DNA from: Desulfomonilia bacterium
Lineage (GTDB): Bacteria > Desulfobacterota > Desulfomonilia > UBA1062
Length of the DNA: 64,000 bases
Assembly (NCBI GenBank): GCA_050014195.1
Contig: JBEKDT010000002.1
Span: forward strand, 256,001 to 320,000
Direction of reading: 5' to 3'
The position numbers and the translations under genes were made by a program. Shown here piece after piece: positions 48,824 to 58,635 of this stretch. The number at the start of each line of letters is the position of its first letter. The stretch's first letter is position 1. Under the pieces are notes generated by a model. It was not told the DNA's origin and ran no database searches. It saw nothing but the letters and a program-made list of their open reading frames with translations.

Positions 48824-49621
48824 TTATACACAAAGATCTATATCGTATACATATTTCATTTCATGTCCGAGGAAGTGCTCGCCAAGCTCGATGAACCTCG
48901 GTGATGAGTCTGAAAGGTAATAGGTGATTTCTCGGCTTTCAGAACGGTCATTCGCAGGCCCCACGATCTCCTTGACCACCCGCGCAGTGGAGAGCGCAGA
49001 GTCCACGATGGCAACGCCGTTGCCCATAACTTTTACAAGGACACCTTTGAGCAGAGGATAATGGGTGCAACCCAGCAGCAAGGTATCAATTTTGGAATGT
49101 ATGAGATCTTTCAAGTATCGCCTGGCTACCTGCTCGGTGATTTCATCGTCGAACCAACCTTCCTCCACCAGTGGCACGAACAGGGGGCATGCCTGGGGAA
49201 AAATCTCCAGTCCCGGCTTCAAGCCCAGAATAGTCTTCTCATAGGCACGGCTCATGATGGTGGCCGAGGTTCCGACAACGCCTATCCTGCTGACAGCGCA
49301 CTCTATTGCTGCCCTGGCACCGGCCTCCACCACGCCGACGACCGGTATGTTGAATTCCTCCTTCAGTGCGGGTACGGCATGGGCGCTGGCCGTATTGCAG
49401 GCGATCACCAGCATGTCGATGTCCATTGAGGCAAGAAACCGGGCGCACTGGAGGCTGTAGCTGATAATGGTCTTGGGCGACTTGGTGCCGTAGGGCAGCC
49501 GCGCCGTATCCCCGAGATAGACCATGTCCACACCGGGGACCAGCTCAAGGAGACAGTTGAGTACCGTGAGCCCCCCTATCCCTGAATCAAACACACCGAT
49601 ACGCGAGATCTTTTTTTTCAT
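48824..49621 (-). CDS. murI: Glutamate racemase
   Basis: FDSGIGGLTV, PYGTKS, ACNTAS, LGCTHYP. Confidence 0.97.
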   Translation of the reverse strand: MKKKISRIGVFDSGIGGLTVLNCLLELVPGVDMVYLGDTARLPYGTKSPKTIISYSLQCARFLASMDIDMLVIACNTASAHAVPALKEEFNIPVVGVVEAGARAAIECAVSRIGVVGTSATIMSRAYEKTILGLKPGLEIFPQACPLFVPLVEEGWFDDEITEQVARRYLKDLIHSKIDTLLLGCTHYPLLKGVLVKVMGNGVAIVDSALSTARVVKEIVGPANDRSESREITYYLSDSSPRFIELGEHFLGHEMKYVYDIDLCV

Positions 49622-49767
49622 GAAATAATCAGCTTCCCCGCATTCTGTGCAGCTAAAAAATTGGTTATTTGTCTAGTGCTTTTGCCGGGTGCTGTCAAGA
49701 AAAGTCGAAGGGATTTAGGTTTACGGAAAAACAGAATTGCAAAGGCATAAGGGTATCGAGCGACAAA

Positions 49768-49860
49768 TGATCAGTGAGCAGTAACCAGAAAAGAAGTGAC
49801 TAGTGATGAGTGAATAGTGACTGAACCTGTACCTACCTCATTAACTGATCACCATTCACT
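49768..49860. repeat. Imperfect 7-nt tandem repeats (AGTGANN) with a partial inverted arm
   Basis: AGTGACT AGTGATG AGTGAAT AGTGACT at 49795-49822; TGATCAGT/ACTGATCA and ATTCACT inverted copies. Confidence 0.6.
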
Positions 49861-49930
49861 TTTCCAGTAGCAACACAAACGTGCATTGAGGTATAAGTCC
49901 CCCCAATCTTCACATATGCCTGGAGGAAGT

Positions 49931-51184
49931 ATGGAACACTGCATCGGGATCATCGGACTCGGGTATGTAGGGCTACCCTTGGCAGTAGAGTTCGGCAAGA
50001 AATACCCGACCGTGGGGTTTGATATTAGTGATAAACGTATTTCAGAGCTCATAGCCTTCACGGACAGGACCCAGGAGGTGACCAGCGATGAGCTGAAGGC
50101 TGTTACCCATTTAAGTTACACAACAGACCCCGAAGGCCTGAAGTCCTGCAATACCTATATCGTGACCGTGCCCACCCCCATTGATTCCCACAACAGGCCT
50201 GACATCACCTTGCTGCTCAAGGCAAGCGCCGCCATAGGCTCTGTCATCAAAAAGGGTGATATCGTCATCTACGAATCCACCGTCTATCCGGGTGCCACTG
50301 AAGAAGATTGCGTCCCGGTTATTGAGAAGACATCGGGTATGAAATACAATCGCGATTTCTACTGCGGATACAGCCCGGAGCGTATCAACCCCGGGGACAA
50401 GGCACATCGTGTAACAAACATCAAAAAGGTCACATCAGGCTCCACCCCTGAGGTGGCCAAGATAATCGATGATCTCTACAGCTCAATCATCACCGCGGGC
50501 ACCCACCTTGCTCCTTCTATTAAAGTAGCTGAGGCCGCCAAGGTCATTGAAAATGCCCAGCGTGACATCAACATTGCCTTTGTCAATGAGCTGGCCATGA
50601 TCTTTGCCCGCATGGGAATCAGGACCGCTGATGTGCTCAAGGCGGCCGGGACTAAGTGGAACTTCCTGCCGTTCTTGCCGGGGCTGGTGGGAGGACATTG
50701 CATAGGCGTTGACCCCTACTACCTGACCCATAAGGCCGAAAGTCTCGGGTACATACCCCAGGTGATCCTCGCAGGCCGCAGGATCAACGACGGCATGGGC
50801 AGGTATGTGGCCACCCAGCTCATCAAGATGATGATCAAGAAATGCCACCGCATCACAGATACCAAGATCCTCGTACTCGGCATCACCTTCAAGGAGAACT
50901 GCCCGGACATCAGGAACTCCAGGGTGATCGATGTGATCGCCCAGCTCAAGGACTTCGACTGCAAGGTAGAGGTGTACGACCCTGTAGCGGACCCTGATGA
51001 AGTGGAGCGAGAGTACGGCATTGACATACTGACCCGTCAAGAACAGCTCACCGCCTATGAGGGCATAATAGTGGCCGTGGCCCATGATGAGTTCAGGACC
51101 CTTGACTTAAACAGGCTCAAGGCCAATGGCTGTGTCGTCTACGACGTGAAAAATATTTATGCAGATGCGAATGCCTCACTCTGA
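49931..51184 (+). CDS. UDP-N-acetylhexosamine 6-dehydrogenase (TviB/WbpO family)
   Basis: [47 protein letters not shown]. Confidence 0.95.
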   Translation: MEHCIGIIGLGYVGLPLAVEFGKKYPTVGFDISDKRISELIAFTDRTQEVTSDELKAVTHLSYTTDPEGLKSCNTYIVTVPTPIDSHNRPDITLLLKASAAIGSVIKKGDIVIYESTVYPGATEEDCVPVIEKTSGMKYNRDFYCGYSPERINPGDKAHRVTNIKKVTSGSTPEVAKIIDDLYSSIITAGTHLAPSIKVAEAAKVIENAQRDINIAFVNELAMIFARMGIRTADVLKAAGTKWNFLPFLPGLVGGHCIGVDPYYLTHKAESLGYIPQVILAGRRINDGMGRYVATQLIKMMIKKCHRITDTKILVLGITFKENCPDIRNSRVIDVIAQLKDFDCKVEVYDPVADPDEVEREYGIDILTRQEQLTAYEGIIVAVAHDEFRTLDLNRLKANGCVVYDVKNIYADANASL

Positions 51185-51678
51185 TGATAATGAAGCGGAT
51201 CGGCGTTTTATCAGATACCCATTTGAAGGGCCCGGATGCATTCCTTGAGGAGATCGTATCCAATCATTTTGCAGATGTGGATCTCATCGTCCATGCTGGA
51301 GACATGGTAAGCCTTAATGTACTGGATGTGTTCGCCCGGATGGATAAAGAAGTAGTGGCAGTATGTGGGAACATGGATGGCTATGATGTGAGGGGATCAT
51401 TTCCAGCCTCGCATACGCTCGTCATTGAAGGACTGTCCATCGGCATCATCCACGGCTGGGGGTCGCCCGTGGGTATCAGACGACGCATCATGAATTCATT
51501 CAAGAAGGTGGATGCCGTCATCTATGGGCATACCCATGAAGGGTTCTCAGATACTGAGGCCGGTATTTTCTTCTTCAATCCGGGATCACCTACTGACTCT
51601 CGATTTACAAGCCGCAGGTCAATAGGTATAATAACCATCCATAAACATACTATTGGTGGAGAGCTTATACCATTATGA
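51184..51678 (+). CDS. YfcE/MJ0936-family metallophosphoesterase
   Basis: SDTH, HAGD, GNMD, HG, GHTH, NPGS. Confidence 0.92.
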   Translation: MIMKRIGVLSDTHLKGPDAFLEEIVSNHFADVDLIVHAGDMVSLNVLDVFARMDKEVVAVCGNMDGYDVRGSFPASHTLVIEGLSIGIIHGWGSPVGIRRRIMNSFKKVDAVIYGHTHEGFSDTEAGIFFFNPGSPTDSRFTSRRSIGIITIHKHTIGGELIPL

Positions 51679-52142
51679 ACAATATCTGGGCTCCATGGCG
51701 GGTGGAATACATAACGAGTTCGAAAGACCAGTCCTGCATCTTCTGCTCGGCCCACAAGGACAGGGACGATCTCATCATCACCTCGGGCAAGCTGTGTTTC
51801 GCCTTAATGAACCGCTTCCCCTACACCACCGGTCACTGTATGGTGGCCCCATACAGGCATGTGGGAGAATTCACTGAGCTGACTTCGGAAGAACTCTCGG
51901 AGATCATGGCCACGGCCCAGGCTATTGTTAAGGCAACCCGCGCTGCGTTGACGCCTGAAGGGTTCAATGTGGGTTTCAATATGGGCACCGTCGCCGGAGC
52001 CGGGATTGCAGACCACCTGCACATGCATATCGTTCCACGATGGAAGGGTGATACCAACTTCATGCCGGTCTTAGGCGATGTTCATATCATCTCGGAACAT
52101 ATCGAGAAGACCCGTGATAAGATCAAAAGGAATCTCCCTTGA
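51675..52142 (+). CDS. HIT-family hydrolase (Ap4A phosphorylase-like)
   Basis: WAPWR, CIFC, NRFPY..GH, HLHMHIVPRW.GD.NF. Confidence 0.93.
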   Translation: MNNIWAPWRVEYITSSKDQSCIFCSAHKDRDDLIITSGKLCFALMNRFPYTTGHCMVAPYRHVGEFTELTSEELSEIMATAQAIVKATRAALTPEGFNVGFNMGTVAGAGIADHLHMHIVPRWKGDTNFMPVLGDVHIISEHIEKTRDKIKRNLP

Positions 52143-52468
52143 GATACCTTAAGGCCGCATTCTTTTTTGTCCTTGCCGTTGCAGGCATCCTGTTCGGTAT
52201 TTCCAACCAGGATAATGCCACCGTGCATTTCTTCTGGTACTTTTCGAAATCCTACCCCCTCTATCTTGTCCTATTTGCCTGTTTCCTTGCCGGTACCGTG
52301 ATAGCGATCCTCTATGGTTTCATCTCGGGCGGCGACATGAAGGACAAGGAGCGCCGCTCGAACAAACACGTGGAGGATCTCAAGGGCAGACTCAAGAAGG
52401 CCCAGGCCGGGAAAACCCCCTTCACCCCACCGGGGAGTATTGATGGATCGCCCGGAAGCACACCTTAA
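52139..52468 (+). CDS. LapA/DUF1049-family membrane protein
   Basis: Two TMs, F..SN...ATV.F......PL..V pattern, coiled tail. Confidence 0.75.
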   Translation: MRYLKAAFFFVLAVAGILFGISNQDNATVHFFWYFSKSYPLYLVLFACFLAGTVIAILYGFISGGDMKDKERRSNKHVEDLKGRLKKAQAGKTPFTPPGSIDGSPGSTP

Positions 52469-53354
52469 TCAGCACCCAAGGCTGCCTGAATGGCTGAAAA
52501 AATACAGGGCACTTTCTTCACTGCACAGCCTGAAGACGAATCTTAGGCACTCCGGGCTCTCTACCGTATGCGAAGAGGCAAGGTGCCCCAATATCTCCGA
52601 ATGCTTTCACAGACCGACTGCAACATTCCTGATCCTGGGGAATGTGTGCACCCGCAACTGCACCTTCTGTTCGGTTGATAAAGGCAGCACTTCCCCACAA
52701 GACGAAGAAGAGCCTGCCCATGTCGCCTGCGCCGCTCAGGATATGGGATTGCAGCACGTGGTCATTACTTCGGTAACCAGGGATGATTTACCGGACAAAG
52801 GCGCTTCAGGTTTTTCTGCTACCATACACGCGATCAGAACCCTCATGCCCGAATGTACCATCGAGATACTCACACCCGATTTTTCCGGCAGGAAAGACCT
52901 GCTGGAGTCCGTTCTCAGCGAAAAACCCGACGTTTTCGGCCACAACGTGGAGACCGTGTCCAGAATTTATCCTGCAATCAGACCTGGTTCAAGTTTAGCA
53001 AGAAGCCTCCATGTGCTTAAGGATATTAAAAGCCTTTCTTCGGATACGATCGTCAAGTCGGGCTTCATGGTAGGGCTTGGTGAATCGGAACAGGAGATAG
53101 AAGATCTTTTAAAAATGCTATGTGATGCGGGGTGCGATGTGATGACCATCGGCCAGTATCTGAGACCTACCAAGGCTCAGGTACCTGTCGAGAGATATTG
53201 GGAGCCCGAATATTACGCGAACTGGTCCAATCTTGCGAAATCACTTGGTATAGGTTATTGTATTGCAGGACCGTTCGTGAGGAGTTCCTATCACGCCAAA
53301 GAGGTCCTTGAAGAGATACTAGACATTCGGCACAAACAGCAACACAACGATTGA
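52440..53354 (+). CDS. lipA: Lipoyl synthase
   Basis: CEEARCPNISEC, CTRNCTFC, RSSY. Confidence 0.97.
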   Translation: MMDRPEAHLNQHPRLPEWLKKYRALSSLHSLKTNLRHSGLSTVCEEARCPNISECFHRPTATFLILGNVCTRNCTFCSVDKGSTSPQDEEEPAHVACAAQDMGLQHVVITSVTRDDLPDKGASGFSATIHAIRTLMPECTIEILTPDFSGRKDLLESVLSEKPDVFGHNVETVSRIYPAIRPGSSLARSLHVLKDIKSLSSDTIVKSGFMVGLGESEQEIEDLLKMLCDAGCDVMTIGQYLRPTKAQVPVERYWEPEYYANWSNLAKSLGIGYCIAGPFVRSSYHAKEVLEEILDIRHKQQHND

Positions 53355-53364
53355 AGGAGCATGC

Positions 53365-54690
53365 ATGGATACTATTCAGATCGGGCTCATCGGATTAGGC
53401 ACTATCGGCACCGGGGTTGCCAAGACCCTGCTGGAAAACAAGGCCCTTCTAGAGGACCGGCTCGGTTTCTCTTTAACCCTGAAGGGGATCGCCGATATCG
53501 ACATAACAAAAGACCGTGGTATCAAAGTCCCGCCGGATATACTCACAACCGATGCGATGAAGCTCATCGACGATCCTGATATCGACATCATCATAGAACT
53601 CATAGGCGGGATTGAAACAGCGAAGAACTTCATCCTGAAGGCCCTGAAGAAAGGGAAACATGTGGTCACCGCCAACAAGGCCCTGCTTGCAACACACGGC
53701 AAGGAGCTGTTCGACGCCGCCCAAACCTATGGCAAAGACCTCTATTATGAGGCTGCAGTGGGCGGCGGCATACCCATCATCAAGACACTTCGTGAGGCAC
53801 TCATTGCAAACAACTACGCCTTTATCTATGGGATATTGAACGGCACATGCAATTATATCCTCACAGAGATGGGGGAGAAGGGTTCAACCTTCCAGGAGGC
53901 CCTGACCCAGGCAAAAGAGCTTGGCTATGCCGAGGCCGACCCTACGCTGGATATCGAGGGCATCGATGCCGCACACAAGCTTGCATTGGTAACGAGCCTC
54001 GCCTATGGGGTTCCGCCCGGCATGAAGGGTGTGTATGTGGAGGGTATCACCAATCTTGACAAACTCGATGTCACCTTTGCCCGGGAGCTGGGCTACAAGG
54101 TGAAGCTGCTGGCATTGACCATTGACAGGGGTAACATGGTGGAGGCCCGCGTCCACCCGACGCTGGTGCCGTTTAACTACCTCCTCTCCAAGGTCGATGG
54201 CGTGTTCAATGCCTTCTATGTACGGGGGGATATTGTGGACTCAACCCTCTTCTACGGCAGGGGCGCCGGTATGATGCCCACTGCCTCCGCCGTGGTGAGT
54301 GACCTTGCAGACATCGGCAGGAACATACGGGCCGGCATTGCAGGGCGAATCCCTCACCTGGGTTATCGCAAGGGCAGCTCGAATCCCAAGAAGTACATGC
54401 CCATCGACGATATCCATACGAATTATTACCTGAGGATCAATGCCTTGGACAAACCGGGGGTGCTTGCAAAAATCGCCGGTATTCTCGGAGAGCGAGACAT
54501 CAGCATCGTCTCAGTGATCCAAAAGGCAGGCGATGACAAGGATTTTGTACCGATTGTGTTGCTGACACACGAGGCAAAGGAATCAAACGTGAGAAAGGCC
54601 ATAGTTGCTATTTCCGCACTGGAAGAGGTGAGCGGGACGCCTGTGATGATACGGGTGGAGGACAGGAAGCTCAAGAACAAGCCTTCCTAA
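53365..54690 (+). CDS. hom: Homoserine dehydrogenase with ACT domain
   Basis: GLGTIG, VVTANKA, EAAVGGGIP, NGTCNYIL, GYAEADP, DKPGVLAKI. Confidence 0.97.
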   Translation: MDTIQIGLIGLGTIGTGVAKTLLENKALLEDRLGFSLTLKGIADIDITKDRGIKVPPDILTTDAMKLIDDPDIDIIIELIGGIETAKNFILKALKKGKHVVTANKALLATHGKELFDAAQTYGKDLYYEAAVGGGIPIIKTLREALIANNYAFIYGILNGTCNYILTEMGEKGSTFQEALTQAKELGYAEADPTLDIEGIDAAHKLALVTSLAYGVPPGMKGVYVEGITNLDKLDVTFARELGYKVKLLALTIDRGNMVEARVHPTLVPFNYLLSKVDGVFNAFYVRGDIVDSTLFYGRGAGMMPTASAVVSDLADIGRNIRAGIAGRIPHLGYRKGSSNPKKYMPIDDIHTNYYLRINALDKPGVLAKIAGILGERDISIVSVIQKAGDDKDFVPIVLLTHEAKESNVRKAIVAISALEEVSGTPVMIRVEDRKLKNKPS

Positions 54691-54763
54691 GGGTTGCTTC
54701 CTGTACTTCTTAGCGGTTTATAGCATTATTTCTCCGGGCAAATAAGGAGGAAATTCTGGAGAT

Positions 54764-55966
54764 ATGAAAAACATTATCCTACTCGGCGACGGTATGGCTG
54801 ACGAACCCCTGGAGGAGCTTGGCAACAAAACACCGCTGGAGACGGCAGATACACCTTACATGGACTCCCTGGCCTCCAAGGGAGAGTTGGGTATGGTGAG
54901 GACCGTGAAGAAAGGGTTCCCTCCGGGCAGTGATGTTGCTAACATGTCGGTCCTTGGGCTGGACCCTTCTCTCTACTACACCGGCCGGGCACCTATCGAG
55001 GCAGTGAGCATGGGTGTTGATCTTACCCCTGAAGATACCGCCTTCAGGATCAATCTGGTAACCATCACCCCGAAAGGTGGCCGCCCGGCCATGGAAGATT
55101 ACTGTTCCGGCCATATATCCACCGAAGAGGCAAAAGAGCTCATCACGGACCTCAGACGGATCGTGAGCAGCAATCCTGCCATAGCCATGTATCCGGGCAT
55201 CGAATACCGGCATCTCATGGTCATTCACAACTATCAAAAGCCTGATCTCAAGACTACGCCGCCCCACGACATCACCGGTGAATTTATTGCACAATATCTG
55301 CCCAATGATCCTTTGCTGGTCGATATTATTGAAAAATCCATGGCATTTCTGGAAAACCACCCCATCAATGTCCAGAGAAAGATAAAGGGGAAACGACAGG
55401 CCACATCGCTGTGGCCATGGGGAGAGGGTAAGGCCATGCAGGTCCCTACCCTTCAGAAAGAATATGGCATCTCGGGGGCTATGATATCTGCAGTTGATCT
55501 ACTGAAAGGGCTTGGGAGGCTTCGGGGCATGGAGGTTATTCAGGTGCCCGGCGCCACAGGCTGGATCGATACCAACTATTCCGGTAAGGCGGATGCCGCC
55601 CTCGATGCGCTTAATCGTCATGACCTTGTCTATGTTCATGTAGAGGCCCCTGATGAGGCAGGGCACGGCGGAAACGTTAAAGAGAAGATTAAGGCCATCG
55701 AGGATTTCGATACCAAGATCGTGGGGCATATCTTAAACAGCATGAACACACGTGGCACCACCTTCAGGCTTCTTGTTCTGCCCGACCACCCTACCCCCAT
55801 CTGCAAGAAAACCCACACCCCCGACCCTGTGCCCTATGTGCTCTATGACAGCACCCGACCGATGAGCATTGGAAGGCATTTCACCGAGAACGATGCCCGC
55901 AGTACGGGCCTCTTCATAGACGATGGCCATACCTTGCTGGTGAGACTTTTAAAAACAACTTCATAA
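54764..55966 (+). CDS. apgM: Cofactor-independent phosphoglycerate mutase, ApgM type
   Basis: GDGMAD, PGSDVAN, HVEAPDEAGH, PDHPTP...TH. Confidence 0.9.
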   Translation: MKNIILLGDGMADEPLEELGNKTPLETADTPYMDSLASKGELGMVRTVKKGFPPGSDVANMSVLGLDPSLYYTGRAPIEAVSMGVDLTPEDTAFRINLVTITPKGGRPAMEDYCSGHISTEEAKELITDLRRIVSSNPAIAMYPGIEYRHLMVIHNYQKPDLKTTPPHDITGEFIAQYLPNDPLLVDIIEKSMAFLENHPINVQRKIKGKRQATSLWPWGEGKAMQVPTLQKEYGISGAMISAVDLLKGLGRLRGMEVIQVPGATGWIDTNYSGKADAALDALNRHDLVYVHVEAPDEAGHGGNVKEKIKAIEDFDTKIVGHILNSMNTRGTTFRLLVLPDHPTPICKKTHTPDPVPYVLYDSTRPMSIGRHFTENDARSTGLFIDDGHTLLVRLLKTTS

Positions 55967-56039
55967 ACATATTTTTATTTTAGAACTCTTTAGATGGGTA
56001 TGTTCTGATCACTCTTGACGTATCAGCGATCACTCATCA

Positions 56040-56939
56040 TTAATTCTTCTTGAAGGCTGTCATGAAGTTGCTCTGCCGGTCGATATCGATATCGAGTTGG
56101 GACATAAGCGATATAATATCTTCAGTGGCAAAATGATGTCTTCGCTCTTGTATTATGGGCAGGATATCACGGTCGATAGTAATGAAGTGTCTGTCCTTCA
56201 GAGGAGTTATGCCTTTGGCCGTACACAGCGCATCCGCCAAATGCACACAAATTGAAAAGATCGGATCTCCATTTGACAATACCGGGGAATGATGATGCTC
56301 AACCGTGTTTACGACATCAGGGGGAAACATCCATGAACTGAGAAGAATCCGTCCGACTTCTGCGTGAGTTATACCGAAGATCCTCTCCTCAAGTGCATGA
56401 TAACTGTAAGGATTGCCATCCTCCTCAATTGCGGTAAGAAGCCTGTGAAAGGTATCTGTCATATATTGGGAGATGAATATCTTTCCCACATCATGGAGAA
56501 GTCCCCCTACAAAATATTTACCATCTATCTTCATATTGAGGTATTGTGCGATCATTCTGGTCCCGACACCCACAGAAAAACTGTGTCTCCACAATTGTTC
56601 CGAGAACTCAGTCCCTTTCCGGTCAAACATTTGGAGCACGGACATGCTCAGTGTGATATTTTGAATCTCCTGGAAGCCGAGCACAACCACGGCATGTGAT
56701 ATGTTGGATATCTTCTTCACAAACCCGTAATATGCCGAGTTCGCCACTGTCAGGATCCTGGTGGTAAGAGCCGGATCACTCTCGATAATACTGGTGAGGT
56801 CGGACGCGGATGAACTCTTCCTGGAGATCACATCCATGATCTCATTAATGATGCTGGGCAGGGTGAGGATCTCAGGAGCCCTGTCCAGGATTTCCATGAT
56901 ACGCTCCCGCTCAGTGGCGGGATTAATACTTCCATCCAC
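56040..56939 (-). CDS. HDOD domain protein
   Basis: DPALTTRIL.VANSAYYG, LWRHS, GLLHDVGK, HAEVG...W.FP. Confidence 0.92.
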   Translation of the reverse strand: MDGSINPATERERIMEILDRAPEILTLPSIINEIMDVISRKSSSASDLTSIIESDPALTTRILTVANSAYYGFVKKISNISHAVVVLGFQEIQNITLSMSVLQMFDRKGTEFSEQLWRHSFSVGVGTRMIAQYLNMKIDGKYFVGGLLHDVGKIFISQYMTDTFHRLLTAIEEDGNPYSYHALEERIFGITHAEVGRILLSSWMFPPDVVNTVEHHHSPVLSNGDPIFSICVHLADALCTAKGITPLKDRHFITIDRDILPIIQERRHHFATEDIISLMSQLDIDIDRQSNFMTAFKKN

Positions 56940-57142
56940 ATAAAATCAGTCGGTAGAATGATAGCCTAACTTGAGTAGGATAAGCGCCTCATTACACAAT
57001 TCATAGAGGCTTAAGTCCTAGATATTAAATACCTCAAACGATTAAACATACGGATATTATGTTCAAAAGATACATGTATACTATTTTGTTATTCATCAAT
57101 TATCCCTCAAGAGCGTTTTGGCATATCCCGATAAGTCCGTTG

Positions 57143-58216
57143 ATGGAACTTAATGCGTTTCTCTGGGTTATTATGCTCCTTGCAGTGGGCATCGGGGCTT
57201 ATATTGCGCTCACAAGCATCAAGGCTGAAAAGAAAAAACCCACCTTGAAAAAAACACCCGCCCACTATGTCACAGTCACATCTGATGAGGCTATCCAAAC
57301 TCTCCAAGATGCATATAACCTGGAATGGAAACCCCTCCGCGATAAAGTAATTGAGATACCTCAGCAAATTGAAGCTATTATCAGCAAGATTGAAAATATA
57401 TCACCCCTCATCACACAGCTCTCATCCAAACTAAATGACCCTGACATCAACCCAAAGGAAGTCAGCAAGATCATCATACAAGATCAGGGGCTCACATCCT
57501 TCATCCTCAAGAGGGTGAATTCTCCCTATTATGGGCTTCTCCAAAAGGTGGACAATATCTTCAACGCAATCGTGATCCTTGGATACAACGAGATTTACCG
57601 CATTGTCATGGAAGAAAGAACGCACAAGATCGGTATAAAACCTGACAAGTCTGAATGGGTCCATGCAAACCTAACCTCGACGGTTGCTGCTTATCTTGCC
57701 AGTACCAGCCGCCTTGGTGTGCCGGGTGGAACCATAGTTACTTTGGGCATGCTTCACGACATTGCACGAACCGTTATGATACAGTCCCTCCCGCAGCTGG
57801 ATGGAGGTTTCTTTGTAGATCCACGACAAAGGCTTCAACAGGAGATAGAGCATTTTGGGATTGATCACGCCACCCTCGGTGGGGTTCTGGCCAAGCACTG
57901 GGGCATGCCTCCTCGGCTCGTCTCATGCATTGAGAAACATCACTGGCCTATGTTCTGGCCCTTGAGAGATGTCGGCCAGTCCTGTAACGATATAATTAAA
58001 GAGCTCTCAGTTTTAGCCATATCCGACATTGCAGCAAAAAATTTCACACAGGAAATCACGGGACCTTATATCGGCGACGATTATTATCGTTACATCAATA
58101 AATCACCGAGGATGGAAAGCATCCTCAACCCGGAGATCACCAAAGAACTGAAGAAAATCCGCAGAGTCATGCTTGATACGGGCCAAGAAAGCCGGGAAAT
58201 CTTCGAAGAAGAATAA
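57143..58216 (+). CDS. Membrane-anchored HDOD domain protein
   Basis: N-terminal TM, DQGLTSFILKRVNSPYYG, MLHDIA, DHATLGGVLAKHWGMP; ORF track starts at 57059. Confidence 0.88.
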   Translation: MELNAFLWVIMLLAVGIGAYIALTSIKAEKKKPTLKKTPAHYVTVTSDEAIQTLQDAYNLEWKPLRDKVIEIPQQIEAIISKIENISPLITQLSSKLNDPDINPKEVSKIIIQDQGLTSFILKRVNSPYYGLLQKVDNIFNAIVILGYNEIYRIVMEERTHKIGIKPDKSEWVHANLTSTVAAYLASTSRLGVPGGTIVTLGMLHDIARTVMIQSLPQLDGGFFVDPRQRLQQEIEHFGIDHATLGGVLAKHWGMPPRLVSCIEKHHWPMFWPLRDVGQSCNDIIKELSVLAISDIAAKNFTQEITGPYIGDDYYRYINKSPRMESILNPEITKELKKIRRVMLDTGQESREIFEEE

Positions 58217-58237
58217 GTGAAGTCTTCTATAAAAATA

Positions 58238-58262
58238 CAAGGCTGGTTGCTAACCAGCCTTG
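58238..58262. terminator. Hairpin between convergent genes
   Basis: CAAGGCTGGTT-GCT-AACCAGCCTTG, perfect 11-bp stem. Confidence 0.8.
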
Positions 58263-58309
58263 ATACTGTTTCTTTTGGGAATTTACCCGGAGCTTAAGCT
58301 ACATGTGCA

Positions 58310-58576
58310 TCAACTGACTACTTGTGAAATGCGCTGGAAGTTAAGGTTATATAATCCGGAAGAAGCGCTCTCCATATCCCTGGTCACATTAGAGAGCAGC
58401 TTTTTCGCCTCTTCAACGTTTTCCACTCGGGAACGTGATGCCTGTTTGTTCTCCACTGAGACGATATCCGCAACCTGATCCTGAGAACGGGTATCGTTGG
58501 CCTTCTTTTGGTATTGAGAGTCTTTTCCCTTGGTTACGATGTTGATTACATTCCCCAATTCAGGATTGACCTTCAT
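58310..58576 (-). CDS. Small protein resembling a stand-alone flagellin C-terminal helix
   Basis: 88 aa with SD; EN..AS.SRV..V..A pattern similar to flagellin ENL.AA.SRI.D.D.A. Confidence 0.6.
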   Translation of the reverse strand: MKVNPELGNVINIVTKGKDSQYQKKANDTRSQDQVADIVSVENKQASRSRVENVEEAKKLLSNVTRDMESASSGLYNLNFQRISQVVS

Positions 58577-58608
58577 GATAGTCCCCTTTCAAGAGTTCTA
58601 CCTTTAAC

Positions 58609-58635
58609 TTATCGGAAGGCATTCACAATACTTTA
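58609..58635 (-). promoter_or_regulatory. Sigma-28 (FliA)-type promoter
   Basis: Minus strand TAAA-N15-TCCGATAA versus consensus TAAA-N15-GCCGATAA. Confidence 0.7.
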
